A stretch of DNA of 64,000 nucleotides from the human T2T-CHM13v2.0 reference genome, Homo sapiens. This document shows positions 1 to 15,999 of the stretch, piece after piece. The translations under genes were made by a program, and so were the position numbers. Within the stretch, counting starts at the first letter, position 1. Each line of letters starts with the position of its first letter. The stretch is from assembly GCF_009914755.1 (NCBI RefSeq), contig NC_060932.1. One strand, written 5' to 3'. The notes beneath the pieces are model-generated. The model ran no database searches. It saw only the letters and a list, made by a program, of their open reading frames with translations, and was not told the DNA's origin.

Positions 1-18
1 GAGCCACCGCGCCTGGCC
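1..18 (-). mobile_element. Alu 5' end (truncated by window edge)
   Basis: gagccaccgcgcctggcc. Confidence 0.75.
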
Positions 19-280
19 TATATACTCCTTTTTTAAAAAAATAATTTGTACTGCTTAAGTACTGCAGATTTTTTTCTTAATTGACTGCCACCAAGGGTTA
101 TTGAATATCAAGTATTCTTCTAAGGGCTCAAGGTGCTGCATTATCTCATGTAGTTATCCTTGTGTCCCGTGTCAGCTTTGTGTGGTAGGTACTTATATTT
201 ATTTTAGTTTATAAAAAAAATGACTCAGAAAGGTACATAACCTGCCTAAGATCACTCAGCTAGCAAGTGCAGGATGGAAT

Positions 281-585
<305 letters not shown>

Positions 586-2544
586 TAGGATGGAAATTCA
601 AACCTAGATTTGTGAATCTTCAAAGATCACCAATGCTCTTGAGCAGTACTAGCCTGCATCTCTGTGATTTGCCATTCTGAGGAAGTGCAATTTCTGGTAT
701 TCAATAAGAACCTTGTGAAATGTTATTTTGATGTAATTGCAAAGGCTTGTCTCGACAATATCCATTTCCCATCCAAAAACCAATTACAAATTGGTTGGCC
801 AGCATGATTAAAGGCTCAGAATGAATTAAGCCCCAAAACCTAATTATGTTCAAAAAACCCTGCAGTAGACAGAGGCATGTCTTTTTATCTACCTACTTTC
901 TGCTGTATAGGTTATTTTTTTGCATAGTCAGATCATGTTTGTTTTCTTCATAATTTCTGCTTTTGGTGTCTTTTATAGAAAGGACTTCCCCAATCCAAAA
1001 TTATTAAAGTGATCATCTGTTTTCCTTTCAGTATTTCCCTTGAAGTAAACCAATCTCCCAGCTGTTTGTAAGATTGTTTGGCAATTTATTTAGAAGAAAT
1101 CTATGTCAGAGGATCCAAATTTAATATGCTTTTGCTTTGATTTCAGTACCAAAAAGTTAGATAATTTTGCTATGACATTATCTTCTCCCTTACAAGTTTT
1201 GATATCTGAATTTATAATGTTCAAACTTAAGCCCACTTTTCAACAGATTCAGTTACCTTTGAAACTGTGTATCATGTTTATTAATTGAAGAGAAGCCCAT
1301 GAGCTGTAGAAGAAAGCTCCTATTACTAGGGATTAGTTAGGTATTACTATCTAAATAACTAGCTCACCATCATAAATGATTTCTTAAATGGTGTCTTATT
1401 AATTCCCCATGAGAGAGATAATTTAATTCAGAAATTGCCTGTTGCATAGCCTATCTGCGCACTTGTGACCCACAAATGGATGATCTATATGTTGCTTTGT
1501 GGAACAACTGGATAAAATTTCAATCTTCTAAAAGACTCACTAAATAAATTTTTTATCTGGTCATATAATTGAGATTTATAGTCCACCAAATGAGCTCTAT
1601 TGGTTTACAGCTGGGAATTGGCCATAAAAACTTCATAATATCTTTTAAAAAAATATTTTCTATCTGATTCCACAGAGATATTTTGGTCTGCAGCCTTTAT
1701 TTTCTGCTCCTTTCTTTTCTGCTTTTCTACTGAGTAGCTTGTGAATTTACTTTCACTTACATTTCTTGCTATGAGTTTTCTGATTAGAAATGTAAAGCCA
1801 TAAGATTTTAAATTTAAGTGGTTAGAAAAAGCAGTGTACAAAATTGACAGAGGTTATAAATGTTGTGAACAAGAAGAGAAGTATATATTCACAGAAAGAA
1901 ACCTGGACAGATCATAATGTTTGCAGTGATTATTCCTGAGTGGTGGGAGCATGGATGATTTTCAGTTTCTTTGTATTTTGGTTATTTTCAAATGTTCAGC
2001 AATGAGCTCAATTACTTTTACATAATTACAGAATATTTGGAGTCAAACATTCACCTATTTCCCTTTTACTAAAACTTATTGGAATTAACATCATTTGATA
2101 TAGTGACTATTTCTGAATTAAGAAAACATAATTAAGACCGCAAAATTACAATAATTATTAAGCCACTGGCTTATTCCATAGCACTGTATAAACACAGCAT
2201 AGAATAAGAAGATGAAGATCCCAGAATGTGGAAACAAAAAGCTGACAAGTGATTGAGGAATGGTGAGAAGACACAGGTTCTGAGGACTGCTGGACAGCCT
2301 TTCCTGTTTTTAAAGAAAAGCTCTCTTATCATGAGAGAAGAGTCATGAAAACCAAAAGGTTTCTGCATTTAATTCGTTATTTAGAGGGCTGAATTTATGC
2401 TTTGACTTACTCTTTGATTACAAGCACTGGTGGTTATATTTTATCTATTTTGTGGAAATGAGTTAGCACATGTAGAAAACTGCCCTGAAAGGGGCTGAAA
2501 TGAAGCCATTAAGACCGAAGTGTACTTTTTAAAACTCCAAACGT

Positions 2545-2672
2545 CATGATTTATTTCTTGATCTTGGTGATACTTATATGGGTGTGTTCACTTTGTAAAC
2601 ATTCATCAAACTCTATACTTACCACTTGTGTACTTTTCTGTATGTGTGTTATACTTCAATTAAAAAGTTTAC
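2545..2672 (+). mobile_element. Old L1M 3' end fragment
   Basis: ggtgtgttcactttgtaaacattcatcaa...gttatacttcaattaaaaag, typical of an L1MB/MC 3' terminus. Confidence 0.7.
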
Positions 2673-2699
2673 TTGAAAGAAAAAATCCCACCACAGCTC

Positions 2700-3060
2700 T
2701 GCTTCTGTCTTTTTGCAACGCACGGTGGTAGCCACGGTGTTTGGTTCCCCAGAACATTTCCTCCTTACGCCCACCTTTGGGTCTGGCCAATCGCAGCAGC
2801 TCATCTCCGGCGCTCCAGATTGGTGGGTATGTATCTGAAGCAGGGCCAATCAGCGTCCTTCCCTGGATCCCTTTGGGTTAAAGGAGGCGAGAATCAAGGT
2901 GGTGGAGTTGGTGTTGGTGTGTTAATCCCTGCACAGTATTGTGAGAAGGAAGGTTAGGTGTTTCTCCCAGCTGGTAAAGAGAAGCCGCAAGCTTTGCACA
3001 GGTTGACCTGTGATCTCTAAGTTGGATTTCTGAGTTCCTTGACACATGAGTCAGTTGCGG
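2700..3060. promoter_or_regulatory. CCAAT-box (NF-Y)-type promoter-like patch
   Basis: Local CpG retention with CCAAT at 2787, ATTGG at 2819 and CCAAT at 2846, two of them in GGCCAATC context. Confidence 0.5.
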
Positions 3061-3127
3061 CAGCTAAACAAGGTGAATGGCTTTTTTTGGTCTGGATTAA
3101 ATGACAGCTAAATTGAATTACTCTAAA

Positions 3128-3305
3128 CCAGTGATTTTCAAAGAGGGCATCAGCATCACCTGAAACTTATTAGAAATGCACATCCTTGGGCCACACCCAG
3201 ACCTGCTGGACCCACTGGTGATGGGTCAGGGGCGGGGCCCCAACAGTCTGTTGCAGCAGGCCCTCCAAGGGATTGCAATGTGCTCAAGTCTAAGAGCCGC
3301 TGCCC
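3128..3305. mobile_element. MER5A-like hAT-Charlie DNA transposon
   Basis: cagtgattttcaaag...cagcatcacctgaaacttattagaaatgca...cccagacc motifs. Confidence 0.7.
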
Positions 3306-3382
3306 TAAGCTTGCAACACACATCCTCTTATATCGCTATACCACACATAATATCTCTACCATAAATTGACCTGTTGAGAATG

Positions 3383-3413
<31 letters not shown>

Positions 3414-3945
3414 GAGCTCCAACAATGTATGCAGAATCCTAGGTGGAGAAAAGACATACAAGAAGCCAAGGGAGGTTCTCCTTACCTTCAGGTGCGGGTA
3501 AAAGTAACAATAGGAAATTTAGTTAGTAGTGAAAGCATTGCAAGACAAGAATTCATCATGCTTTTAATTGTAAGACTATGATTAATTCCTGATTAATTAC
3601 CAAGTAAATGATGTGGAGGAAGAGGGAGATAAGCTTTGTAGTTAAACACGACTGTAGAATCCTTCGTCCCTGGCCTCAGGCTTGCCGGAAGCTATTGTAG
3701 AAAGCTGGAGAAGCTTCCTCACGGTTTATGCACCTCTTCCCCAGTTTGTCATAGTGTGGGCAAGTAATTGATATATGTGGATTCTTTAATAACTTGCCAG
3801 TGCCCATTTACTAGTATTTCTACAGAATATGTATGTTCACAGAGGGAGTGCTTGCAATGTTGGACCTGAACGATGGCTGATGCATTTTTTTTTTCATCTG
3901 AGACTTTAAAAAGTAAGAATCAAAAAAAAAAAAAAAAAAAAAAAA

Positions 3946-4264
3946 GGCCAGCATGGTGGCTCATGCCTGTAATCCCAGCACTTTGGGAGGCCGAGGCAGG
4001 CAGATCACCTGAGGCCAGCCTGGAGTTCGAGACCAGCCTGGCCAACATGGTGAAACCCCATTTCTACTAAAAATACAAAAATCTCAGGGCGTGGTGGCAC
4101 ACGCCTGTAAATCCAGCTACTCAGGAGGCCGAGGCCTAAGAATCGCTTGAACCTGGGAGGTGGAGGTTGCAGTGAGCCAAGATCGTCCCACTGCGCTCCA
4201 GCCTGGGCGACAGAGCAAGACTCTGCCTCAAAATAAATAAATAATAATAATAATAAAATAAAAA
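3946..4264 (+). mobile_element. AluS
   Basis: Full dimer with (AAT)-rich tail; TSD taaaaagt(a/g)agaatca. Confidence 0.93.
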
Positions 4265-4593
4265 GTGAGAATCACTGTCATTATCTTCTATACTTTGACC
4301 CCCATGCAGCTTTCCCTGGACTGGATGCCTCCGTTTTTCTGGCCTGAACCTCTCCAGATAGAACGAGTAAGGAGGGGGCTTCAGGCTCTGCATAATACCT
4401 AAGACTCTGGAGAAGGGGAAAGTGAGCAGAGGGAAGCTGGGGGAAGGGAGGTGGTGAGGATCCAAGCAAAGGAGTGGAAATTGGGCCTGGCAACTTGCTT
4501 TCCACCTTTCCTCCCCTGCCCTTTCTACCAGGTCAGATCCTCCTCCTGTTTACTATGGCATTCACATGTCAATAAAAATACTGCATCATGTAA

Positions 4594-5125
<532 letters not shown>

Positions 5126-6324
5126 TTTTATAGTTCTTTCTTTTTTTTTTTTTTTTGTGACCAGTAGGACAATATTAATCACACTCTTCTTCTGTGTGGC
5201 CACTTATATTACATTATGTTATGTTACATTATATTTTGTTGTGTCTGCATTTCCTTCTTAACTGTGAACTCCTTAAATGACAGGGCCTAGGTTTCATTTT
5301 ACACATGTTCGCATCTTCAGGGCAAGCACAGCACCTGGTACTTATTAAATGTGTGTTAAATTAATATTGGATAAATTGAGTCACAAAGAGAAAAGGGGAC
5401 ATCTGAAAACCACATGCTTTACTTTGAGACTACTATCTATTGACATAGTATATGCCCACCTATTGCCCCGTCCTTGGGTTTCCACAAGCTGCCTCTTTTG
5501 TATTATCTTTCATAGATTTCACTGTCTTTCTTATTGCTTCTGAATTTTTAGCAACTATTTCCTTTCGTGAAATATCTTGAGTTGCAATTTATTCCAATGT
5601 TGTCAGCTTTGCCACATTATCCATTAAGAGCATTTTTCTTTCTTGTTGGAATCTAAATCATTGTTAGCTATCATTTATTGAGCCCTTGCTATTTACTAAA
5701 CAAATGTGTATTGAGTATCTACTATGCCAAGTACTATTCTAGGTACATTATGAAATAAAAGAGACAAAAAGCTGTGCTCCATGTCTGGTGATAGGCCGTG
5801 TGTTTTCTATGTATGTCATCTCATTAAATCACATGTTGTGAAAATGAAATTTTTCAACTCTCATGGCAAGCCTCAATCTAGAGAACTGGGAAATATTTCT
5901 AATTTACATTCATTAATCTCTTTTATCTTAAGTGACAGACCATCAAAGTATCACTAACTATGCCATATTCTATATTTTATAAAATTTACCAAGTTTCCTT
6001 TGAAGCTCAAAGCCCGTTATTGTTTAATATTGAGCATTAAAATTGCATCCTAACCCATGGACTACGTGCATCTCTGGATGTTTATTAGGTGAGGTTAATA
6101 ATTGCGCTTTGTACTCAGGCAACTTGGATAAGACCATTAAACTCCTGTGTGCCTGGGTTATTATAATTATTACTATTATTAGGATGAACCACATGGCCCA
6201 GAAATTTGAAACACTCAGTTTGATTTGTAATCCCTGTTGCAACTAGGGAGTATTGAAGAGTAATTAAGAGATAGTTTATCTAGCTTTCTTGCTGAAATAA
6301 GATTTTTCAAAACACACAAAATTG

Positions 6325-6500
6325 TTTTACTGTGGTTAAAAAAATACATAACCTAAAATTTACCATCTTAACCATTTTTAAGTGTGCAGTTTAGTAATGT
6401 TAAGTATATTCACATTGCCGAGAAACAGATCTCCAGAACTTTTTCTTCCTGTGAATCTGAAACTTTGTCCCTATTGAACAACGACTTCCTTTTTCCACCT
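6325..6500 (-). mobile_element. L1MA/MB 3' end fragment
   Basis: cataacctaaaatttaccatcttaaccatttttaagtgtgcagtt... Confidence 0.7.
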
Positions 6501-6750
6501 CCTTGAAAAAGCCCTATCTTTATAGGGCTTCCATGGACAATGTTTGCAGAGTTCAATCCTTTTTCTCAAAGAGGTCTCTGAAAGCACAAGAAGAAAATAA
6601 TAAGGCCAAAAAGAATTGGTGTCTGTGTTTTCCTTGAGGCATTTTACCCTATCCCGCTGTCAAAATTGCTGGCTGTCAGGAAGCTCCCTGAGTAGCATCA
6701 GGTCTTTAACAGATGACTCTGGCCCTGAGTGGTGCCAGGGAGTCAGAATG

Positions 6751-7434
6751 TATCTTAGTCTGCTTTGTGCTGTATACCAGAGACTGGATAATTTATAAAG
6801 AAAAGAAATGTGTTTCTCACAGTTCTGGAGGTTGAGAAGTTCAAGGTTGAGTGGCCAGCATCTAGGGAGGGCCTTCTGCATCATAGCATGTCAGAGGGCA
6901 TCACAAGTTGAGAGAGAGCAGGGGGGTCGAACTGGCTTTTATTATAAGCCCCTCTTTCGATAACAAGCCACTCCTGTGATGGCAACATTCATCCATTCAT
7001 GAGGCCAGAATTCTCATGGCCTAATCACTTCTTTCTTTCTTTCTTTCTTTCTTCTTCTTTGAGCCAAAGTCTCACTCTGTTGCCCAGGCTGGAGTGCAGT
7101 GGCAGCAATCTCAGCTCACTGCAACCTCCGCCTCCTGGGTTCCAGCAATTCTTCTGCCTCAGCCTCCCGAGTAGCTGGGATTACAGGCGTGTGCCACTGC
7201 ACCTGGCTAATTTTTGTACTTTTAGTAGAGACATGGTTTCGCCACATTGGCCAGGCTGGTCTCCTGACCTCAAGTGATCCGCCCACCTCAGCCTCCCAGA
7301 GTGCTGGGATTACAGGCATGAGCCACTGCACCCAGCCTCTAATCACCTCTTAAGTGGCCCCCATCTCAACACTGTTGCATTGGGGATTAAGTTTCCAACA
7401 CATGAACTTTGGGGGACACATTCAAGCCATAGCA
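6751..7434. mobile_element. MaLR solo LTR (MST/MLT1A-like) interrupted by an Alu
   Basis: tatcttagtc...ggggacacattcaagccatagca; 5-bp TSD gaatg at 6746-6750 and 7435-7439. Confidence 0.82.
7029..7337 (-). mobile_element. AluS nested in the LTR
   Basis: Full dimer; TSD ctaatcac(t/c)tctt. Confidence 0.92.
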
Positions 7435-7754
7435 GAATGCCTTTTGCTTGTTTGTTCTGGGAGGACTTCTAGAAATAGGATCTAGGAGATAAAAAGGCCA
7501 TATAGCTGTGGGCTTCTCCCCCACCCCCAGTGCTGGCATTCTCCTACTCACAGCTCAGATAATGATCACGTGGCCTGCACTTAAATACCTCCAATGATGG
7601 GCCTCTCACTGCACCTGAGGCCAATGTTCCCTCATCTTCCCTTTATGATTACTACGATTGTGAGAAAACTTCACGAAACTGGCCTCTTAGGTACTTGAAA
7701 GTATTTAGAGTTACCTTTCTGGTCTGGTTCCTTGTCTTTTCTGCTTCAAGCTGC

Positions 7755-7992
7755 TTTCTTTCTTCTTCTTTTAGGAGACAGGGTCTCTGTCACCCTGGCT
7801 GGAGTGCATTGATAGGATCATGGCTCACTGCAGCCTTGAACTCCTGGGCTCAAGCGATTCTCCCACCTAAGCCTCCAGAGTAACTGGGACCACAGGTATG
7901 CACCACCAAGCCCAGCTAATCTTTTTATTTATTCTGTACAGATGGGGTCTTGCTATGTTGCTCAGGCTGGTCTTGAACTCCTGGACTCAAAC
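7755..7992 (-). mobile_element. AluJ (partial)
   Basis: cagccttgaactcctgggctcaagcgat AluJ motifs. Confidence 0.85.
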
Positions 7993-8371
7993 AGCTTGCT
8001 GTAAGACAGAGCCTGAAAGCCAAGAGACCTACTAGCGAGATACCTTTGTTTTTTCGTTTTTGTTTTTTTTTTCAAGATCTCTTTGACGTCATCCTTCCTC
8101 CCATTCTAACCCACCCCTGCCTTTATAGGCAAGCATGTCATCCAGGAATGTTCAGAGTACACTGTGCCCCTACCTTACTGATGATGTAATCCCTCATCTC
8201 TAGCTAGGGCTCTGGGAATTGCCTCTTGCCAGATACGGTGTCCAGAGCAAGATCCAATAGCAGGTTCTATAACTTTCAGCTAAAGGTTAGCATGGTCAAA
8301 GAAAATCAAAGTGAACTGATCATAATAAAGGTAACCCACTCAATTTGACTGGAAATAAGGCTACGAAATTA

Positions 8372-9079
<708 letters not shown>

Positions 9080-9569
9080 TCATTAAGAAACTGAAGAAAC
9101 TGCTAGTGAATTAAGAAAATGTAAAGGCAGACCCAACCCTGAGAAACATGTTGAAAGAATTAAGAAACAAGCAAAAATATTGTGAAACTTTATCAAATTC
9201 CATGTATATGTTTCTGAAATATATTAAAACTCAATTTTTTGACAAAGAGAAAGAAATAGTGCATGCTATTTCTGCACTGAGCCCTGTAAAGTGTGCTTTT
9301 GTGACAATTGGTACTGTAATAAATTCTAGACAGATAATTTATCTTCCACTATTTCAAGAAAGATTTCTGGACATTTCAAAGTGAACTAAGCCTTTGAGTT
9401 GAAGATTAACTTGTTTAGAAGACTTTGTGCTGCCAAAAATACCAAAAGATAACAAAAAATAATAAAGAAATAAGCAGCTCAAACTTTGCTGATCTTTATG
9501 ATAAGCTAATTCTCTCCTGGTTATCTGCCTTTTGAAGCTCCATTAACTCTATCCTTCACAGGCTACTAG

Positions 9570-10195
9570 GGCAGTGGCTTACCAGTTTTTTGACCCTGAT
9601 ACACATAAGAAATATTGCAAATAGGAATCTAGAACAGGCATTCTGTATGTATGTATACATATAACTAAGAAAAAGTTGTATTAAATATTTCTTTCCCTTA
9701 CCACTTGCAATTTACTGATATTTTCTTTCCTTTTTCATTCCATTTTTCTGTCTGAAATCCTATTCTATTCTCCTGTTTGTTTTGTTTTATCCTATTTCAT
9801 TTTTTTATATTTAACTTTTATTTATTTATTTATTGAGACAGGGTCTTGCTCTGTTGCCCAGGCTGGAGTCCAGTGGCACAATTTTGGCTCACTGCAGCCC
9901 CGAATTCCTGGACTCAAGTGATCTTCCCACCTCAGCTTCCTTGAGCAACTGAGACCACAGGTATTTGCCACCACACCTGGGTTTGCTTTTTTTTTTGACA
10001 AGGGCCGGGTTGGGGGGTCTGGTCTCCATGTGTTGCCCAGGCTGGGCTCAAGCAATCCTCCTGCTTCGACCTCCCTCAGTGCTGGGGTTACAGGCGTGAG
10101 CTACCCTATTCCATTTTTAAAACTCAGCTGTGACTCACAAAATTGTTTTTCCCACTTACTAATTAGTCTTAATGAGTAGTTTGAAAAACATTGCT
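9570..10195. mobile_element. hAT-type MER DNA transposon remnant interrupted by AluJ (9820-10105, -)
   Basis: cagtggcttaccagttttttgacc... and ...gtttgaaaaacattg termini; AluJ inside. Confidence 0.6.
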
Positions 10196-10511
10196 CTAAA
10201 GTGTGGCAAAAGGTGAAAGCTAGAAATGTCCTCTCTGCACCAGCCCAAGAAGCTTTTCTAATCTACTTCATATTCACTTTCTACACTTCTTTTTCACTAA
10301 TTCATTCATTCCTCATTTCACTTATTAGAGGAATACCTATGAAGCATCTGCCAGGAGTCAAGCACTTGGCCAGTTACTGGGAATACAGTGGTGAGCAGGA
10401 GAAATGTGGTTTCTACTTGTCCAGAGTTTAGAGGACTAACCCGCTTGTTTAAAGTTACCAAACTTCCTCCCCTGTTGGGTGCGCAGCAGTGGGCTGTCTT
10501 AGGGAACCTGA

Positions 10512-10916
<405 letters not shown>

Positions 10917-12174
10917 TGATATAAGAAACTCTTTACTCAAGAGTTTCCTAGTGGTAACAATAAACACAGTCTTTAGAAAGAAAGGCATTTTACTTGGTTT
11001 GATAATACGATGATGAATAGCCTCTTTCCTGCTTCCAGTCTGATGATGTGGGTGTGGGTAACACATACATGATTACAATACAATTAAATAATGTAATAGA
11101 CCAACATAATATTTTTGAGTTGCATGCAGTTAAGGGATAGTTGAAAGGAGAGGAAATGACAGGAAATGAGGGTAAATGTTTGGGAAGGAGCCTGGTTGTG
11201 GGGAGGAATTTTCCGGGATAGGAAGAGATTTGAATATTTTTACAGGTTGAGAGAAAAGAACCAGTGGAGAGGCAGAGACAGGGCATCATTAATTAATGCG
11301 TTAAGGTGTTGGTAGACAAAGGTTTCCAGGATTGACCTGGAAAAGAAAGTCACTAGCATGGTGACCACTTTATGGATAAAATAAAGGAATAATAGACAAA
11401 GCCTGCAATATTATTATATTTATTAAAAGCAAAAGATATTTGATATGGTGGAAATTTCGCCATTAGCTGCTTTTTCTCATTTTCTTGAATGGTAGGGTGA
11501 TAGCATTTTGTCCTGAAAGTACTCCCTAAATTACCAGTCCCCTTGCTTCATCCCTTTATTGCATGGATTTCTTTGGACCCACCAAAACTACAGCATCTTT
11601 TTTCCCATGGCCCCTTGTTTGTTTGTTTGTTTTCTAACTTGTAAGGGAAGAATAGCATATACATTAAAAAATGCAAGCATCAAACTTGTACAGTTTGATG
11701 AATTTTCATAAATTGAGCACATCTGTATGTAAATTCTACATTTACGTACAGAAACAGAACATTACCAGCATCCTGGAAGCCCATTATTCCCAGGAACCCT
11801 TTCCCCATCCAAAGGTAACTGCTGTGCTGACTTCTAACAAAGTGTGCGCTTTTCAAAGAGAAAATGAGCTTTCCAGTAGATAAACCCACAAGCAAGAAGG
11901 TATTTCTTTAAAAGCTATCCAAATAAGGAAGGCATTTTCAACCTGTTCTTAGCTGTTTACCCAAAATATTTCTGTCACTCCTATATTGTTTGCCCAGTTG
12001 GAGTAAAAACAGAGTGAAGAGTAGGCCAATCAGGAAGCTTCTGTCTGGAAGACTCCCCTTAGAAACAAACATTTTGAAATGGGAAGTAGAATTAAAACCA
12101 AATGTAAACCAACTTATATAATAAGTAACCTGTTTCTGGCTATCTTATGCATCTGATGCATTGATATCTTTTTG

Positions 12175-12478
12175 TTGTATTTATTTATTTATTTTGAGAT
12201 GGAGTCCCGCTCTGTCGCCCAGGCTGGAGTGCAGTGACGCGATCTCAGCTCACTGCAGTCTCCGCCTCCCAGGTTCAAGCGATTCTCCCTGCCTCAGCCT
12301 CACAAGTAGCTGGGATTACAGGTGCCCGCCACCATGCCTGGCTAATTTTTGTATTTTTTATAGATACAGGGTTTTGCCATGTTGGCCAAGCTGGTCTTGA
12401 ACTCCTGATCTCAGGTGATCTGCTCCCCTCAGCCTCCCAAAGTGCTGGGATTACAGGCGTGAGCCACCATGCCCAGCC
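12175..12478 (-). mobile_element. AluS
   Basis: Full dimer; TSD tgatgcattgatatcttttt. Confidence 0.92.
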
Positions 12479-12894
12479 TGATGCATTGATATCTTTTTAA
12501 ACACCAGAATCTATTTTTCATATTACTAACAAAATAAAATTTTGGAAAATATAGAAAAGTCAAAACAACTCACAGTTCATCACCCAGCAACATCATTGTT
12601 AATATTACTGTATATTTCCTTTTTGTATTTCTTGTTGATTAGATTATTTATTGAATGCATATGCATGGTCCCTGTGGCATCATTTGTAAGAGTGAAAAAA
12701 TGGAAACGTTTTAACATCCATAAATAGAGAATGGTTGGATTATGGTACAAACATAGCATCATGACATGTTAAAAAGGATCAAGTGGAACTATGTGAACTG
12801 ACATGGGAAGATACCCATCATCAATTTGTAAGTAAAAAAGATTCAGAGCAATATTTATAAAATGATCTCATCTATGTTTAAAACACATAGATGA

Positions 12895-13194
<300 letters not shown>

Positions 13195-13302
13195 GAAGGT
13201 GAAAAAGGATTTGGATGTTTACTTTTTATCCAAAAACATCTCTTTTGTTCTCACATAGATATGGCTTAAGTTTGTTTTAGGAGTAATTAAGAAACACTTT
13301 GC

Positions 13303-13675
<373 letters not shown>

Positions 13676-14139
13676 TTATTGGTAAATAATTGTTTGGAAA
13701 CCAATACCAAATTGTTTCATGGAAATCTGTCAGGTATTTAGAGTTATCATGTTTATAATATTTCCTATTACATAATAATTTATCGTTTTTAATGAGTGAT
13801 TCTCTTTTGTGCGACATTAAAGCATTGCTAAGTCAGGCATGACTTACTGAGATACATCAGAATTTGAACTCAAGATGCAACCAGAATATTCCAAGTGCAA
13901 GGTCGTTTATTTCCAATTGCCTTGAAGTTGGTGCCTACATTAGAAATATGGCAGTGGAATTCCCCCTTCCTTCAATATAAATGATTTCCCCCCTTTTTTA
14001 TTACCAGAATTTGAAAGAGCTGGCATAAAGGAGTCCTCCCCTATGAAGGCATCTGTGTTTCACTCAGACAGAATGAGATGCAGTGTTCTTTTCATATATA
14101 TGTCAATATTTATCTACATTATTGCATTTATCACACTTA

Positions 14140-14444
14140 ATTTTTTATTTTTTATTTTTTTTGAGACAGAATCTTGTTCTGTTGCCCAGGCTGGAGTTAA
14201 GTGGCACGATCTCGGCTCACTGCAACCTCTGCCTCCTGTATTCAAGCGATTCTCCTGTCTCAGCTCCCAAGTAGCTGGGATAACAGGGGTGCGCCACCAC
14301 GCCTGGCTAATTTTTTATATTTTTAGTAGAGATGGGGTTTCACCACATTGGCCAGGCTGGTCTCCAACTCCACACCTCAAGTGATCCACCTGCCTCAGCA
14401 TCCCAAAGTACTGGGATTACAGGCGTGAGCCACCGCACCCGGCC
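14140..14444 (-). mobile_element. AluS inserted in an L2 3' fragment
   Basis: Full dimer; L2-like flanks (cccagtagattatacacttcttg...gtgcctagcatagta). Confidence 0.9.
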
Positions 14445-14709
14445 TATCATGTATAATTGTAACTATTTACTGAAGGGTCTCTCCCAGTAGATTATACACT
14501 TCTTGTGGCCAAGGCTAATAATGCCTTTTCTCTTTGGACCCTAGTGCCTAGCATAGTATTCAACACATACGAGTACTATCCCTGAGATACTGCAAGGTTT
14601 ATATAATGGTATGTAGATACCAATGGTAGTATCTAAATACCTGGGTAAACAAATACTTTCAAAAGCAAGTCTTTTTCAATGAATATTTTACATCTGACTG
14701 ATTTATTTA

Positions 14710-15262
14710 GCGACCGTAGGTTTTATTTTTCAAAAATAGCCACCATAATATATTTCATTTCACATGCTACTTGTACAATGAGAAGGTGACACTCCTCCCA
14801 TCAAGTAGTGTGGCATATATCCCCTCTGCTTGAACTTGTGCAGTCTCCGTGACTGCCTTGATCAACAGTGTATATAGCTGGAAGTGATGCCATATGACTT
14901 CCAAAGATGGGTCGTAAAAATGCCATACATTCTGCCTTATCCTCTTGGGACACATTCTTGGGATCCAAACACTATGTAAGGAAGGCAAGATCCCATATGG
15001 AAAGGCCACATGCAGGTGTTCCAGCCAGCAGCAGCCTCAGCTGAGGCCCCAGCCATTCGCCAGCATCAACTACTAGATATGTAAGGGACTCGGATGGTTG
15101 CAGCCCCTAACAGTTGAGTCACCAGCTGACACTGCATGGAAAGAAATAGGCTGTCCCCGCAGAGCCCTGCCCAAATTGCAGATGCATGTGCAAAATAAAT
15201 GATGGTTGTTTAAGCCACCAGGTTTAGGTAGCTTGTTATGCAGCAAGAGATAACCAGAACAG
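14710..15262. mobile_element. MLT1-family MaLR LTR
   Basis: gccctgcccaaattgcagat...gtttaagccacc...gcagcaagagataaccagaaca terminus. Confidence 0.78.
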
Positions 15263-15714
15263 GTCACCGTGAGTTCACATGCCAGTGGAAATGGAGGGAA
15301 GGGTTAGGGGCCCAGAGCCATCCATTCTATTTCTTGTTTCTTAATCCTGGTGCAGTGCGAAGCAACATGGTCAGATGGAAGCAGGATTAGAACAAGAAGG
15401 ATGACCCCAAATGCACCCTGAAAAAATTAATTAGAACCTGCTAATTTCAAGCAGAAACATTAAAAATGTATTTGTGATGCACAGAGTTTATTTTTTGAGG
15501 AGGCAGAAAAAATATTTTAAGTGATTACAGAATGATCGTGGCAAACACTTCTTCTCTCTCTATATATATATGTATATATACATGTATAATGTATATATGT
15601 GTATATGTACATGTATAATGTTGTATATATGTATAATTGTAACTATTTACTGAATATACATATACTGAATATATATGCATAATTGTAACTACTGAATATA
15701 TATTATTTTATATA

Positions 15715-15999
<285 letters not shown>

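Noticed and set aside
8084-8091. Perfect CRE palindrome TGACGTCA
   Set aside because: A single 8-mer is expected about once per 64 kb by chance; no supporting context
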